Assembly (NCBI GenBank): GCA_963713615.1
Contig: CAVQMM010000001.1
Location: 3,200,001-3,264,000, forward strand
DNA length: 64,000 nt
Reading direction: 5' to 3'
Source of the DNA: an uncultured Chlamydiae bacterium
GTDB lineage: Bacteria; Chlamydiota; Chlamydiia; Chlamydiales; JAJFMA01
Positions 1 through 11,196 of this stretch are shown piece by piece. The notes under the pieces were generated by a model. That model had not been told where the DNA came from, made no database searches, and saw only the letters and a list, made by a program, of their open reading frames with translations. The translations under genes were made by a program, and so were the position numbers. Numbering within the stretch: position 1 is the stretch's first letter; the number at the start of each line of letters is the position of its first letter.

Positions 1-3000
1 TAGACAAATGTCGTCGTGGACTCCTCCACCCACCCATCTTTCCAGAGAGAGATGGTTTTTCCTAGGCGCCGGCCAAACGAATCATGAAGATAATTGATTC
101 TCCAGTGGCCGATCTCCTCAGCAGCAACTAGGCGGTTTAATGCATCATAAGTATAGTTTCTGTCTACACCAGGACCACATTTGCTAATCAAATTCCCATT
201 GGCATCATAGCCATAGGTCAAATCGGAATCCGAGGTGACCTGATTAAGCCCATTCACCACATAATCTAGCCAGTCTTTCTTCAAGCGGTTCCTGATGGAA
301 TCGTACGCATAGGTATGCGTGACTGGACCATCTTCTTGAGTGAGTTGATACAAATCGTCGTACTGGTATGTGCAACGTGCTTCGCCTAGTAAATCCGTGG
401 TGATGAGTTGAATCAGATTTCCCGCTGCGTCAAACCCATCAGTAGGGATCTGCTCAGACCATCGTGGGTGTTTAAGAGCAACCCGCCTTCCTAGGGCATC
501 CCAAGAAAGGTCGATTTTGCCGGCATTGCCGATCAGCTGCATCTCTCTTGCTTGCCCTTTCAGGTCATATTTCGAGTAGGTGTGCTGGTATAGAAGGGTG
601 TCCGCTGCATCGTAACGACTGATTGTGACTAAATTGGCGCTGTCATACGTGTAGCGAATAGAGGAGCTATCTGGAAGCGTGATCCGAGTCGGACGTCCTA
701 GGCCATCATAACTAAATTGCAAGCTGTGGCAATTGGCTAACTTTTCTGTCAGAAGTCGATTCCAGGCGTCATAGGAGCGTAGTGTCGTGGTGCTATTTCG
801 AAGGTCTGCAACACGTACCACATTTCCATTTGCGTCGTAGCTATATTGATAAGCCACTGTTTGGTCAGATGAGGCCATCTCAATCAAACGTCCGAAAGCG
901 TCGTAGGAATGCGCTAGAACGGTTCCATCAGGTTTTATGGTCGTCCTTAGGCGTCCTGCTGTATCATATTCAAAGCGCGTGACTTTGGGCGATTCATCAC
1001 CGCCTTGCTCCATGATGGAGAGTGTGCGTCCCATACTATCCAGCAGCCAGTCAATGGCATAATCTGTCTTCAGACCGTTCGGGGTAAGGACCTGCTCTTT
1101 TTGGCGCACTTTGCGGCCATTGGCATCGAACCAAACCTCTTCGTAGGAAGTGCGTTGGCCCTGTGCATTGCGACATTCAGTAGAAACAATGCGTCCAAGA
1201 GGGTCATGCATGTCGATGGTCTGGTTTCCGAGGGGATCGGTTACTGTCTTACAGAGCACTTGTCCATTGGCGTTGCGGATATACGCGTAATGGATGGACG
1301 TTGCATGCCCTAGGGCGTCAATGTGAAGGATTGGCCTACTCTGAGAGTCATAACGCGTTTCTGTAACAGAATGGTTGTTTTCGTCTTCATGTACATACGT
1401 GTGGGTCTTATTGCCGAGAATATCGTATGCATAGCGTTCTTTGCTTAGGATCTTCTGGTTTTGGTCTTCGAGGCGGGTTTCTACGACACGGTTGAGATTA
1501 TCAAATTCCTCAATCTGACAGGTATATTCTATCTCATTGATCCAGTGCTGGGTGACTCTGAGTCTGCCCAAAGCATCATACTCATAGCAGGTCTTACTCA
1601 GTCCGGTAGAGTCTTGCTTAGTTTCTTCAATCTTGCGACCGGCTGCATCATACGCATAGCTTGTGGTATAGCCCATGGCGTCGATAGATTGGATGAGGTT
1701 TCCTCTTCGATAGATGTTGCGTGTGCTTTGAAGGTGATTGTCAGCATTGTCATAGCTGTCGGTAGCGATCAGGCGCCGTTGGTCATCGTATTGGTAGAGC
1801 GTGCAGAGCCCGGATTTGTCCCATTTGGTAGCTAGGGTTCCATTGAGATTGTATTCAAATCGCTCTTGGCTGCCATCAGGATAAAGCACAAAGGTGGGTT
1901 GGCCTCTCAGGGTATAGGTGGTGCGGGTCGTAAAGTTCATCGGGTCAGTTTCCGCAACGACCTGTCCAAGAAGATTGTATTCCTTTTTTGTCTCCGCTGT
2001 GAATACGTTACCCTCTTTGTTAAGGCAGGGAGGGTGCTTGATGCTGGTTTGTCGACCGAATTCGTCATAGGTATAGGTCGTCGTGTGGCCGTAGGGATCG
2101 ACCATTGCGATCTTGTTGCCAAGAAGATCATAGCTATACTTGGTCACCAGGGTGGGACCATTCTCATGCTTTTCTTCGGTCTGGACCAAACGGTTAGAGA
2201 AGTCATAGGTAAAATGTGTGATGTAGCCACTTCCATGCAGCTGTTCATCGATTTTATTGTTATTTTCATCAAAGGTGCGCGTGATGATGTGACCTAGCGC
2301 ATTCTTTTCCTGAATCACGTTGCCCTTGAGATCATATTCCCATTCCAGGGTATAGCGATGGACCCCATTTGCATCATAATGATCCTGCTTGATGAGGTAT
2401 CCCTGCTTAGAATAGGTATTGAACACATCGCTTAAGGTAAGCTCGATGTTGGTTGCAGGATTATAGTAATGTTCGGCTATCTCGATTGGAAAACCGATAC
2501 TGGGGGCTCTATCGCAAGGGCCATCGCTCAGGATGTAATAGGTAACCTTACGCCCTGTCACATTGGTATAGTCATGACTGGCCAGTCCGCTGCCGTCATC
2601 AATGAGCGTTTTAGTGAGAAAGCCATGACTGTCATATTCGTGAAACTCGCGAGTATGACGGCCATGATGGCCCATTGTGAGCTTGGCAATTAACAGATTT
2701 GTCTTGGGGCGGTAGCGGTAAGAAATGTGCTTGCCATCGGGATGATGCTCTTCGAGGGGTAGATTAAATCCATCTGTTGAGTAGGCATATTCTGTTGTAT
2801 AACATTCCACCGGCCTAGTCTGTGGGGTTGGTAGAGGGGGAGGATTCTGGCGTGGTCGTCTATTATATAAAGCTTCGATTTTCAGTTCGTGGACGGGTCG
2901 TAAGTCTCCATTTCTTGTAAAGTAGTCTGGATCTTTGCCAGTAAAATTGCCAAAAAGCTCCTCTTTGACAATGTTACCACGATTGTCATAGGTGGCCATC

Positions 3001-3914
3001 GTGTAGTTGACAAAGGTATTCTGGGGTGTGGCAAGCCCCTTAGCCATCAAGTGGCCTGTTTCTGCTCCATTTTCTCCCCATACAAACTGTTGGCTAGCGT
3101 AGAGAGCTGTCTGACCACCGGTGCCAGTGTACTGCTCAATTGCCGTTACTCTTTTTTGATTGTTGATGCGATGGATGGTTCGGTGTTGCAGGGCATCAAA
3201 AACCTCTGTGGCATCTTGATGATAGATAAATGAGGCCAGTGTGATGGGTGTGGTATCTTTGCCCAAAGGAGCTCTTAAAGCCGTAACTTTCCCATTTGTT
3301 GGGTCATAATCGATATCGAGATAGCGATGCTTGGGTTTATCAATCCTATAGAGCTTACGCCATAGACCGTCTCTACTATCACGCTTATAATGGTAATGAA
3401 AGGACATTTCAGGGGCATGCGAAGGCACGATTTTTGATGCTGTCGGCACCTGTCATGCCCTCGAAGTAATTGCTATAGCCGTGTTGAAAGATCTTTGGAC
3501 CGACCTTGCCATCGATGACACCACCATTTTTAAGAACACCTTCATAGGTGACCACGGAGGCTTCGCGCTCTTCCACTACCCATGCGAGATCACGTTCGCG
3601 ATAGTCGGAAGGCCTGTATACATTCCTAATCTCAAAGGAAGATCGATTCCAAACCCATATCCGCGAGTACTAAAATATCTAAGACCGCTATCATAAAATC
3701 GAGAGCAGCGAAGAGGGGCCGGACCATCCACAACTAAGGAAGAGTCGGTCAGGAAGAAATCGCCTGAGATAAGGTTTACACAATCATAGGCAGATGCCAA
3801 AGGTGCATATTCAGCTCCTAAACGCATTTGAGAAGGAAGCTCATCATTTGCGAAGGCAGAAAGGGAAATCACCAGCCCCAGCAGGGTTTGAAGCAGCAAG
3901 TAGAGAGAACGCAT
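1..3914 (-). pseudogene. Rhs/YD-repeat protein with a disrupted 5' end, running off the left edge
   Basis: Signal-peptide ORF 3576-3914 (DCVNLISGDFF..DGPAPL..RFYDS). Coding continues in another frame ~3620-3410, then returns to the first frame, which is open from ~3440 to base 1 with YD repeats (TYDNRGN, YDAFGR, YDALNRL). Confidence 0.8.
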
Positions 3915-4179
3915 GATTGATAAGCCCCTTAAACTTTTTTGTGAAAAGCTAGGGGATTAGTCTAATTTTTAACAACAATAAATTGTATTTCGTTGAAGAA
4001 TCGGGACAGCTTTGCGCTGACACAACCTGATATCTCTAATTAACTTCTCCAGTATCAAATATTGTCGAAAAGCGGCAATTTCTAATTGGCGCCCACACAA
4101 ATTGACTTCACTTATATTCTCTAATGTGTTATCAATTATTTGATATCAAGGGCTTTGCGAACTTAAAGGACCTCTTCGA

Positions 4180-5103
4180 ATGCCATTAGTTGTATTGCTA
4201 TACACATTGTTTGCCAGCGTTTTTACCATTGCAAAGTGGGGATTGGACTTTACACAACCCTTCTTTTTTGTGGGCTTTCGAATGGTCATAGCAGGGGTCT
4301 TGATGATCGGTTACCTAGCTTTAACATCGCCACAGACGCTACAGATCAAAAGAAAACACATTTGGCGTCTCGCTGGTCTCGCTTTTTTTAACATCTACCT
4401 CACTAATGCTATGGAATTTTGGGGGCTGAAGTACCTTACTTCCTTCAAAACCTGTTTTATCTATAGTCTTTCGCCATTCATGGCAGCTTTTTTTTCCTTT
4501 CTTATTTTTAATGAACGGCTCTCATCTCGGAAATGGCTTGGTCTTGTCATTGGTCTTGTAGGCTTTGGGCCCATTCTTTTTCAGATGAGCGAGACCGAAG
4601 CTACCATGGTTTATGCAGGTGTCTTTAGCTTGCCTGAGATTGCTGTCATCATTGCTGCTATTGCCAGCTCATATGGATGGATACTCATGCGTCAGTTGAT
4701 CAATGAGGATGGCTACCATCCTTTATCATGCAATGGCATCAGCATGCTGTTTGGGGGGATTCTCAGCCTTATCCATTCCGGTTTTGTGGAATCCTGGGAC
4801 CCCGTACCGGTATCTGAATGGATGCCTTTCACAGAATCCACTCTGTTACTGGTGCTCATCTCAAACATCTTGGCTTATAATTTGTACGGAATTCTGTTGC
4901 GCCGATTTACAGCTACATTCCTGTCTTTCGCAGGCTTTATGACACCTTTGATTGCTGCCTTTTTTGGTTGGTTAGTGCTTGGCGAAACGGTAACCCTTGT
5001 CTTTTTCGTTTCAGCTTCGGTTGTCTTTGCCGGCTTATTGGTTTTTTACCAAGAGGAGCTCCGTACCGGTGTACGCCTAGCGAATGCCCCGGCTGAAGCG
5101 TAA
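4180..5103 (+). CDS. EamA/DMT family transporter
   Basis: 307 aa, ~10 TM segments, two EamA-like halves (FFFVGFRMVIAG; PLIAAFFGWLVLGE). Confidence 0.85.
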   Translation: MPLVVLLYTLFASVFTIAKWGLDFTQPFFFVGFRMVIAGVLMIGYLALTSPQTLQIKRKHIWRLAGLAFFNIYLTNAMEFWGLKYLTSFKTCFIYSLSPFMAAFFSFLIFNERLSSRKWLGLVIGLVGFGPILFQMSETEATMVYAGVFSLPEIAVIIAAIASSYGWILMRQLINEDGYHPLSCNGISMLFGGILSLIHSGFVESWDPVPVSEWMPFTESTLLLVLISNILAYNLYGILLRRFTATFLSFAGFMTPLIAAFFGWLVLGETVTLVFFVSASVVFAGLLVFYQEELRTGVRLANAPAEA

Positions 5104-5109
5104 CTCCCA

Positions 5110-5173
5110 CCCTCCCTTCATCTCATGCCCGTTTCCATGTGCGTTTAGCTAAACGTGCATGGGGAAGGGAGGG
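5110..5173. terminator. Long GC-rich hairpin after the DMT gene, possible terminator
   Basis: ccctcccttc...catgtgcgtttagctaaacgtgcatggggaagggaggg inverted repeat. Confidence 0.4.
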
Positions 5174-5247
5174 ACAATTTTATGACCTTCTCATTTATAC
5201 GTGGTTATGGTAAACGTTTTCCCATAATACAAACCTACTAGAGTCAA

Positions 5248-6324
5248 ATGAGTATGTCATCAGCAAAAGGAGAGTCTTGTCTTCTTTTTGATAGAGATGT
5301 TTTTAATAGTCAGATGCAAAAGGCCGTAGAGGCTCTCTTGCCTCCTTTCCAGCGTATCGTACGGGCTTATGTCGTTTTCAATTTGGTCTTTCTGGCCCTA
5401 GCCACCCTAGAAATCGTTTTCTTTGTCTTTTACATGCGTTGGCTGATGCATTCGTCTACACTAGCATTTAGCTTAGCGGTCATCTTTCTAACCATTTTCT
5501 CCTATTTCATTCTTCGCGTATACCTTCAGGCTAAAAAACCCGTACAGTTTATTGGCCTTCGCGATCGTTTTCTGGCGGCTAGCAAGAGCCTGGTGGGTTA
5601 TCAAGAGGGTATTCCTGAACATCATCTCGCTTTGGCTAATGCTTGCAGTCGATGTGCCTCTGCTCTTCAGAGTCGAGAACATACCTACTATACTCCCCCA
5701 AAGGGTCTTTTATTTTTAGCCCCCTCAATCGAACGTTTTAGCTTTTGGTGGCATTGGGAAGATGTTCTTCGCATGCGAGAGCTCCTACTGCTCAATGCCG
5801 TAGAAGAACATATTCAGGCTGTTAAGTGCGAGCCCACCAACCTAGAGGTTCACACCGCTTTGGCTAATGCCTACGTCATGTTGTCAGGTCTCTATGTAGA
5901 TCATCGCAAAGCCGAAGGTTTCGATGAAGACCGCTGGGCTTTGGCGGGACAACTCGCCGAAGAGCTCGACCAAAAATTTCGAGATGCTGCCGAGAGAGCG
6001 ATTGAGGAATTCAAGATCCTCAATGACTATGCCCCTGATGATCCCTGGATTCACGCACAGTTAGCTTACAGCTATAGAGACCTGCAGATGCCACAAGAAG
6101 AAATTAGGGAGTACGAGATCATTTTGAAGCTGCGGCCCGATGACCGTGACACCCTTTATCGCTTGGGAACTCTCTATTTTCAGCAGGGATTAAATGCGAA
6201 GGGATTGCGGGCTTATGAAGAGCTCAAACGTTCTAACTTCAAACAAGCTGAGAGCCTCATCAACTATTATGGTGCTTATGGACGTGGAAATGACCCTTCG
6301 GTTGCTCCACCCTCAGCGATCTAG
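5248..6324 (+). CDS. Membrane-anchored tetratricopeptide repeat protein
   Basis: Two N-terminal TM helices; C-terminal TPRs (PDDPWIHAQLAYSY, PDDRDTLYRLGTLYFQQG). Confidence 0.75.
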   Translation: MSMSSAKGESCLLFDRDVFNSQMQKAVEALLPPFQRIVRAYVVFNLVFLALATLEIVFFVFYMRWLMHSSTLAFSLAVIFLTIFSYFILRVYLQAKKPVQFIGLRDRFLAASKSLVGYQEGIPEHHLALANACSRCASALQSREHTYYTPPKGLLFLAPSIERFSFWWHWEDVLRMRELLLLNAVEEHIQAVKCEPTNLEVHTALANAYVMLSGLYVDHRKAEGFDEDRWALAGQLAEELDQKFRDAAERAIEEFKILNDYAPDDPWIHAQLAYSYRDLQMPQEEIREYEIILKLRPDDRDTLYRLGTLYFQQGLNAKGLRAYEELKRSNFKQAESLINYYGAYGRGNDPSVAPPSAI

Positions 6325-6401
6325 AGCTTCCCTCCTGTTTGGCGCAGTCAGGGAATGCATAGTGTTACACACATCTTTTACTTGACTCACAATCGTATCT
6401 T

Positions 6402-6457
6402 GGCGCGCAGCGCTTTGGAGTGCGTGTCGCTCGCGACCGCTTTGGATTTGGGCGAGC
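6402..6457 (+). repeat. REP of the RAYT-associated family, left arm of a doublet
   Basis: ggcgcgcagcgctttggagtgcgtgtcgctcgcgaccgctttggatttgggcga, near-identical to the repeats at 56282-57570. Confidence 0.85.
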
Positions 6458-6550
6458 CTATTGAATCGCACACCGTTCTACGGAGGCTGCCCCCCCCAAC
6501 AGTTACCCCTAGAGCGAAAGGTTACGTTTCTTGCAATGCCTAGCTCACCC

Positions 6551-8266
6551 CCTCATTTCCCGTGAAAATTGTAACTAGGTCTGGCCCGGCAACGCAATTT
6601 TTAGACCCTGTAAAATTTCCCTCTGTGGTTTTGTAACCTCGGTGAGGATATGGCCGTACTTACCAGAATACTTTATTTTAGTCAGTGTATCCATTTCTTG
6701 TAGAAGCTCCCGAACCGTGTATCGTTTAATAAGACCAGACTGTCTCATTTCTTTGCGCAGAGCGCTCATGTAAATAAGGGCAATGAATTGCACAAAAAGC
6801 CTGCCATCAACAGTTGCTGAACTATGCATGCGTAAGCGTTTCATATCCAACTGATTTTTCAGGTCATCAAAGCACTTTTCTACCACATCTTTGTCTCGGT
6901 AGATTTGCAAGGACTCCACCGGATCCTTAATACTATTGGTCAACAGCGCTTGGAATCCAGCATAGCGGTTGATGTACTGACTCACAGCTTGATCATTGTA
7001 CGAGACTCGTATGCCTCGCTTGCGGGTGGTCTTTATCACAAAAAATGCGTCGTACGCATCTTGATGCGCGTTAATCAAATCTCCTGATTCCAGTTCCTTC
7101 TTATACCCAACCAATTCTTCAGTAAACTGATCGACGGCGGTGGCTCGTGCATGAGCATTGTAGTAGAGGTGTAGATAGCAGCGACGCTTGTCATCCCCCC
7201 ATGGGTACAGACGAGAGTGAACATATAGGATCTCATTATCAAGCTTTTGGTATCCCTCAGGCCCATGGATCACCCCATAAATGTCATTTATAGCGAGTTG
7301 TACCCACTTGTTCTTCAGAGGGATTGATAGAGTAAATCTGTCCCTGGCAGCAAGCAGGTGATCAACATTTTTTTTGCTGTAGAACCCTTTGTCCATCACG
7401 TAGTGAAGTTTCTTTATCTCCAGAGCTTTGAAGGTCTTCAAGAGGTTGTGTAATGTAGTCACATCGGTGATGTTGCCCGGAGTCCGTTCGAAATACACTG
7501 GCAAACGTCCCTTCTGGCCGAAGAGTATGGCAAGATTCAGCTGTGGTAACTTATCCAGGTCGCGGTTGTGGCCGTATTTGATGTATTCATTGAGCTCAGA
7601 ATATGAGGAAATAGAAGTGATGTCGTAACAGAGATAATCATCCTCTAACACTTTATTCATCCACTTGGTGAAAAAGGTTTGCTTCTTATCGATGCTAATG
7701 GCGCCAAGGATTTCGCTAATCCTCTGGCTGGTTAAGCACTCAACGGAAGGCACATGGTTCTTGCACCATGTCCCGCAATAGCTCAGAGGCCCTCCTTGAA
7801 TGGCAAGATAATAGGCCATTGCCTGAATCTGTTGGTACTCCTGAGGGAAGCAAGACCTCAACAACTGTTTCAGGCCTAACTGCTCGGTAATAGCATCGAG
7901 CACGATCGAAGGTCCCACAACTTCAGCAGATGCAGTGACCGCGGGATCTCGAATGACTGCCTGTTCAGGTTTAAGACGCTTGGAGGGAATGAACTCTCCG
8001 GTGACTGGATCGAGCTTACCCACACACACTTGCTTATTACGAGACTGTTTTTTCTCTTTATCCCAGAATGAGGTGTATTCGTATACGTAGGTAACGCCGG
8101 TAGTCTTGTTTATATGGTTGACTCTGCATGGCATACACTATTTCCTTCCTTAAATCGTTACAATTGTAACGATGAAAAATGAAAAAATCCAGCATAAAAT
8201 GTGCGCAACAGGCTTTTTTTTAGTGAATTACGACAGACCTAGTTACAATTTTCGCGGGAAATGAGG
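6551..8266 (-). mobile_element. IS1634-family insertion sequence, complete
   Basis: 33-bp terminal inverted repeats (6551-6583 / 8234-8266, one mismatch) and 6-bp target duplication TCACCC (6545-6550 / 8267-8272). Confidence 0.9.
6575..8134 (-). CDS. IS1634-family DDE transposase
   Basis: 519 aa; YDITSISS, YGHNRD..LPQLNL, VMDKGFYS, YRDKDVVEKCFDDLK motifs. Confidence 0.9.
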   Translation of the reverse strand: MPCRVNHINKTTGVTYVYEYTSFWDKEKKQSRNKQVCVGKLDPVTGEFIPSKRLKPEQAVIRDPAVTASAEVVGPSIVLDAITEQLGLKQLLRSCFPQEYQQIQAMAYYLAIQGGPLSYCGTWCKNHVPSVECLTSQRISEILGAISIDKKQTFFTKWMNKVLEDDYLCYDITSISSYSELNEYIKYGHNRDLDKLPQLNLAILFGQKGRLPVYFERTPGNITDVTTLHNLLKTFKALEIKKLHYVMDKGFYSKKNVDHLLAARDRFTLSIPLKNKWVQLAINDIYGVIHGPEGYQKLDNEILYVHSRLYPWGDDKRRCYLHLYYNAHARATAVDQFTEELVGYKKELESGDLINAHQDAYDAFFVIKTTRKRGIRVSYNDQAVSQYINRYAGFQALLTNSIKDPVESLQIYRDKDVVEKCFDDLKNQLDMKRLRMHSSATVDGRLFVQFIALIYMSALRKEMRQSGLIKRYTVRELLQEMDTLTKIKYSGKYGHILTEVTKPQREILQGLKIALPGQT

Positions 8267-8322
8267 TCACCCAAATCCAAAGCGGTCGCGAGCGACACGC
8301 ACTCCAAAGCGCTGCGCGCCGA
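8267..8322 (-). repeat. REP of the RAYT-associated family, right arm of the doublet
   Basis: Reverse complement of the 6402-6457 repeat, abutting the IS1634 end. Confidence 0.85.
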
Positions 8323-8680
8323 GGCACGATTGTGAGGGCTTAGGTCGATGCGTACAGCTTAACGCGTGTTATTTATCTAACCTTTAAATCCTTACGTTCA
8401 TTCGGATAGACGCTATTTCGGATACGTGCTGCTTTCAAGAAAAAGCTGTGTCCAAAAAATGTGCGAAGTCCAGCATGCGATCCAACGAAGAAATTCCACT
8501 AGATGTTGGTCTAACTGCCGTTTTTAGGATCTAGGAAAAAATATATTTGATTTTTTTGACGCCTCGATACATTGTTGGGCCAACTCTATAAAAGATTTTA
8601 GACGATGTCGTCGCGTTACAAACGGCCAAAACGGCTCTCGAGCTAAGGTAGACGCCAAGCAAACAGGGGAAGAGTAACTT

Positions 8681-10615
8681 ATGGGGAAGGAAGATACCAT
8701 CCACTTACAGGACAAAAAAAACGTACCGAGCTGGCTAAAAGTCGTCATTTCATTGGCTATCTTGGCTGCCATCGCGGTTTGTCTAGCTATTTACTTTACG
8801 CAAGACCTTTTGAAGACGGCGGAAGGCCAGCTAGGTGCTATCCGTGCGCGAGATTTTTCGAGGGCTTACTATGAGTACACCGCCAAAGATTTCAAGGCGG
8901 CTACTTCTCTAGAGGCATTCACGGAATTCGTAAAGTCTCATCCGGCCTTAGTTAACAACGAATCGGCAAATTTTAACGAAAGAACCATTGAAAACAGCGT
9001 AGGTACGCTACATGGTACCCTGATTTCCAGGGACGGTGGCGTAACGCCGATCGAATATAAGTTTGTTAAGGAAGGCGATCGTTGGAAAGTTCTCAGCATG
9101 CGTTTGGTGCCTACAGGCGCTGTTTCTTCGGGTGTTGAAACCGCCAGGGTCAGTGAACTTGTCGAGCCCGTAGAGGCCCAATTAGCAGCTTTTCGCAGTA
9201 ACGATATTGCCAAAGCCTACTTTGGGTATGTCTCTAAAGACTTTCAAGAAACAACACCGCTGAAATCCTTCCGTGAGTTTGTTCAGAACTATCCCATTCT
9301 CACCAGACACCATTCGGCAACTTTTAGCGACGGCAGCGTTGATGGTAAGCAAGGCACTATCGAGGCTATCCTAAATGGCCCTGAAGGCAGTACGTCAGTA
9401 GAGTACAAGCTTAGCAAGGAAGATGGAAAGTGGAAGATTTGGAGCCTACGCTTGAATCTGCCTACCGAAGCGATGTCTCGCGAAGCCTCGGCTTCTGAAC
9501 TGGATGACATCACGACGCCAATCGAAGCCTTGTTGGCCTATCTGAGAGCCGGAGACTACACACGTGCTTACTATGAATATGGCGCTAAAGAATTCCAGTC
9601 AGCGACATCACTGGATGCTTTCCGTGAATTCATTAAGGCCTATCCAGCGCTCACGGAGCATAAAACGGTCGCCTTTGAGACTCCTACTGTCAATAGTGAC
9701 ACTGCTACAGTAGTGGCTATGTTGACATCTTCCAATGGTACCACACCCGTTGAGTATCAACTCATCCGTGGTGGAAAGAATGCTTGGAAGGTCTGGAGTA
9801 TGCAGATTCTTTCGAAGTCTGCTACCAGTGGTAATGCGCCTGCTTTTAACACCGCTGATTTGGTGAATACCATCGAAGCACAGCTGACAGCATTAAGGTC
9901 CGGAGATGTTTCCAAGGCTTACTATGCCTTTACATCTAGAGAGTTTCAGCGCTCAACCTCTCCATCGGCCTTTGAAAAGTTTATTCGCTCGCACTCTGTG
10001 CTAGCTGATAACCAGGTCGCTAACTTCACCAACCTATCTTTTAAGAACGATGTAGGCACCTTTCAGGGGTTGCTCACTTCGACCAATGGTCAGGCTAGCC
10101 GCGCAGAGTTTGACCTTGTCCAAGAGGATGGAAAGTGGAGAGTACTAAGTATCCAATTGCTTCCTGAGGGAGGCACCACTAGTGCCCGAAACGAGCCATC
10201 GGGTCGGTCTTATAGCAAGGGGACGGTGGCCCTTAACGATAAGAGCAGTAACCAGACAACATCTAACGGGAAGGGCTCCAATATGGAGCTCTCCCAGTTA
10301 CTCATTGGCTCGACTGTAGACTCGGAGGGACGTGTCAGAAGTCCCTCTGGCCGCTTCACTAGCGGTACAGGGGATTTGCATGTAGACTTGTTTGTACGAA
10401 ATGCTGCTACAGGTGCTAAGGCAGAGTTAATCATGGAGCATATCGATAGTAAGACGCGTGTTCCTCCAGTTGAAACGCGTCTGGAACAGTCTGGTGATAC
10501 GGTGCTCTCGTTCATCTTTGCCCCACCTGCTCATGGATGGCCAAAGGGTAACTATCGCTTGATTGCAAGAAGCTCGAATGGACGCGAGAAAGTACAAGAA
10601 TTTCGAATTGAATAG
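8681..10615 (+). CDS. Membrane-anchored protein with four tandem DUF4864-like domains and a C-terminal beta-rich domain
   Basis: N-terminal TM; four ~110-aa repeats with AYxxYxSxxF...EY/F.L.KEDGKWKV.S. Confidence 0.7.
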   Translation: MGKEDTIHLQDKKNVPSWLKVVISLAILAAIAVCLAIYFTQDLLKTAEGQLGAIRARDFSRAYYEYTAKDFKAATSLEAFTEFVKSHPALVNNESANFNERTIENSVGTLHGTLISRDGGVTPIEYKFVKEGDRWKVLSMRLVPTGAVSSGVETARVSELVEPVEAQLAAFRSNDIAKAYFGYVSKDFQETTPLKSFREFVQNYPILTRHHSATFSDGSVDGKQGTIEAILNGPEGSTSVEYKLSKEDGKWKIWSLRLNLPTEAMSREASASELDDITTPIEALLAYLRAGDYTRAYYEYGAKEFQSATSLDAFREFIKAYPALTEHKTVAFETPTVNSDTATVVAMLTSSNGTTPVEYQLIRGGKNAWKVWSMQILSKSATSGNAPAFNTADLVNTIEAQLTALRSGDVSKAYYAFTSREFQRSTSPSAFEKFIRSHSVLADNQVANFTNLSFKNDVGTFQGLLTSTNGQASRAEFDLVQEDGKWRVLSIQLLPEGGTTSARNEPSGRSYSKGTVALNDKSSNQTTSNGKGSNMELSQLLIGSTVDSEGRVRSPSGRFTSGTGDLHVDLFVRNAATGAKAELIMEHIDSKTRVPPVETRLEQSGDTVLSFIFAPPAHGWPKGNYRLIARSSNGREKVQEFRIE

Positions 10616-10724
10616 CTTATGTGTTTATCTTAGCTTTTCAATTGGTTGACGTTTCGCATCTAGGTTCTAGCCAATTTCTGCCAGGGCATTCCTTCCATAA
10701 AACACTTTTGTAAAGGAGAGTCTT

Positions 10725-11189
10725 GTGAGGGTATCCTTTGTGAGCGCTCTATTTTTGTCAGTGGCGTTATTGACAGCAACTGTTCAAGGCGCCGCTGCCA
10801 CTTCTACTTCCGATGCCGGTCAGCAGGCTGATTCGGCAAAGCAGGTGAAACAGGTACTCAATCTCTTTTTCACAGCTCTTCATAAAGCGAGTATTAGTCA
10901 GGCCTACTACGGTTATACTTCCACGGAGTTTCGACAAGCCACGAATTGGCGCGACTTCCAGGTGTTTGTTCAACGTTTTCCGTCATTGGACCGCAATCTA
11001 GACTATGACATCGAGAAGCCAGATTTTTATGATACTACGGCGACGGTGAATGTTAATACGAGTTCAGCTGACCACAAGGAAAATTTAGTGGTTTTCGATA
11101 TGATCTTTCAAGCGGGTCAGTGGCGTATTTTGGGCATTCAAATCTACAATAAGCAAGGAGAAAGAGGAGCAGGAGAAGGAGAGGATTAG
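10725..11189 (+). CDS. Exported protein with a single DUF4864-like domain
   Basis: Signal peptide; AYYGYTSTEF...GQWRILGIQ matches the repeat of the upstream gene. Confidence 0.7.
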   Translation: MRVSFVSALFLSVALLTATVQGAAATSTSDAGQQADSAKQVKQVLNLFFTALHKASISQAYYGYTSTEFRQATNWRDFQVFVQRFPSLDRNLDYDIEKPDFYDTTATVNVNTSSADHKENLVVFDMIFQAGQWRILGIQIYNKQGERGAGEGED

Positions 11190-11196
11190 GAATGGA

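Noticed and set aside
782..3696. Plus-strand short ORFs in the first 3.7 kb
   Set aside because: Antisense shadows of the Rhs reading frame.
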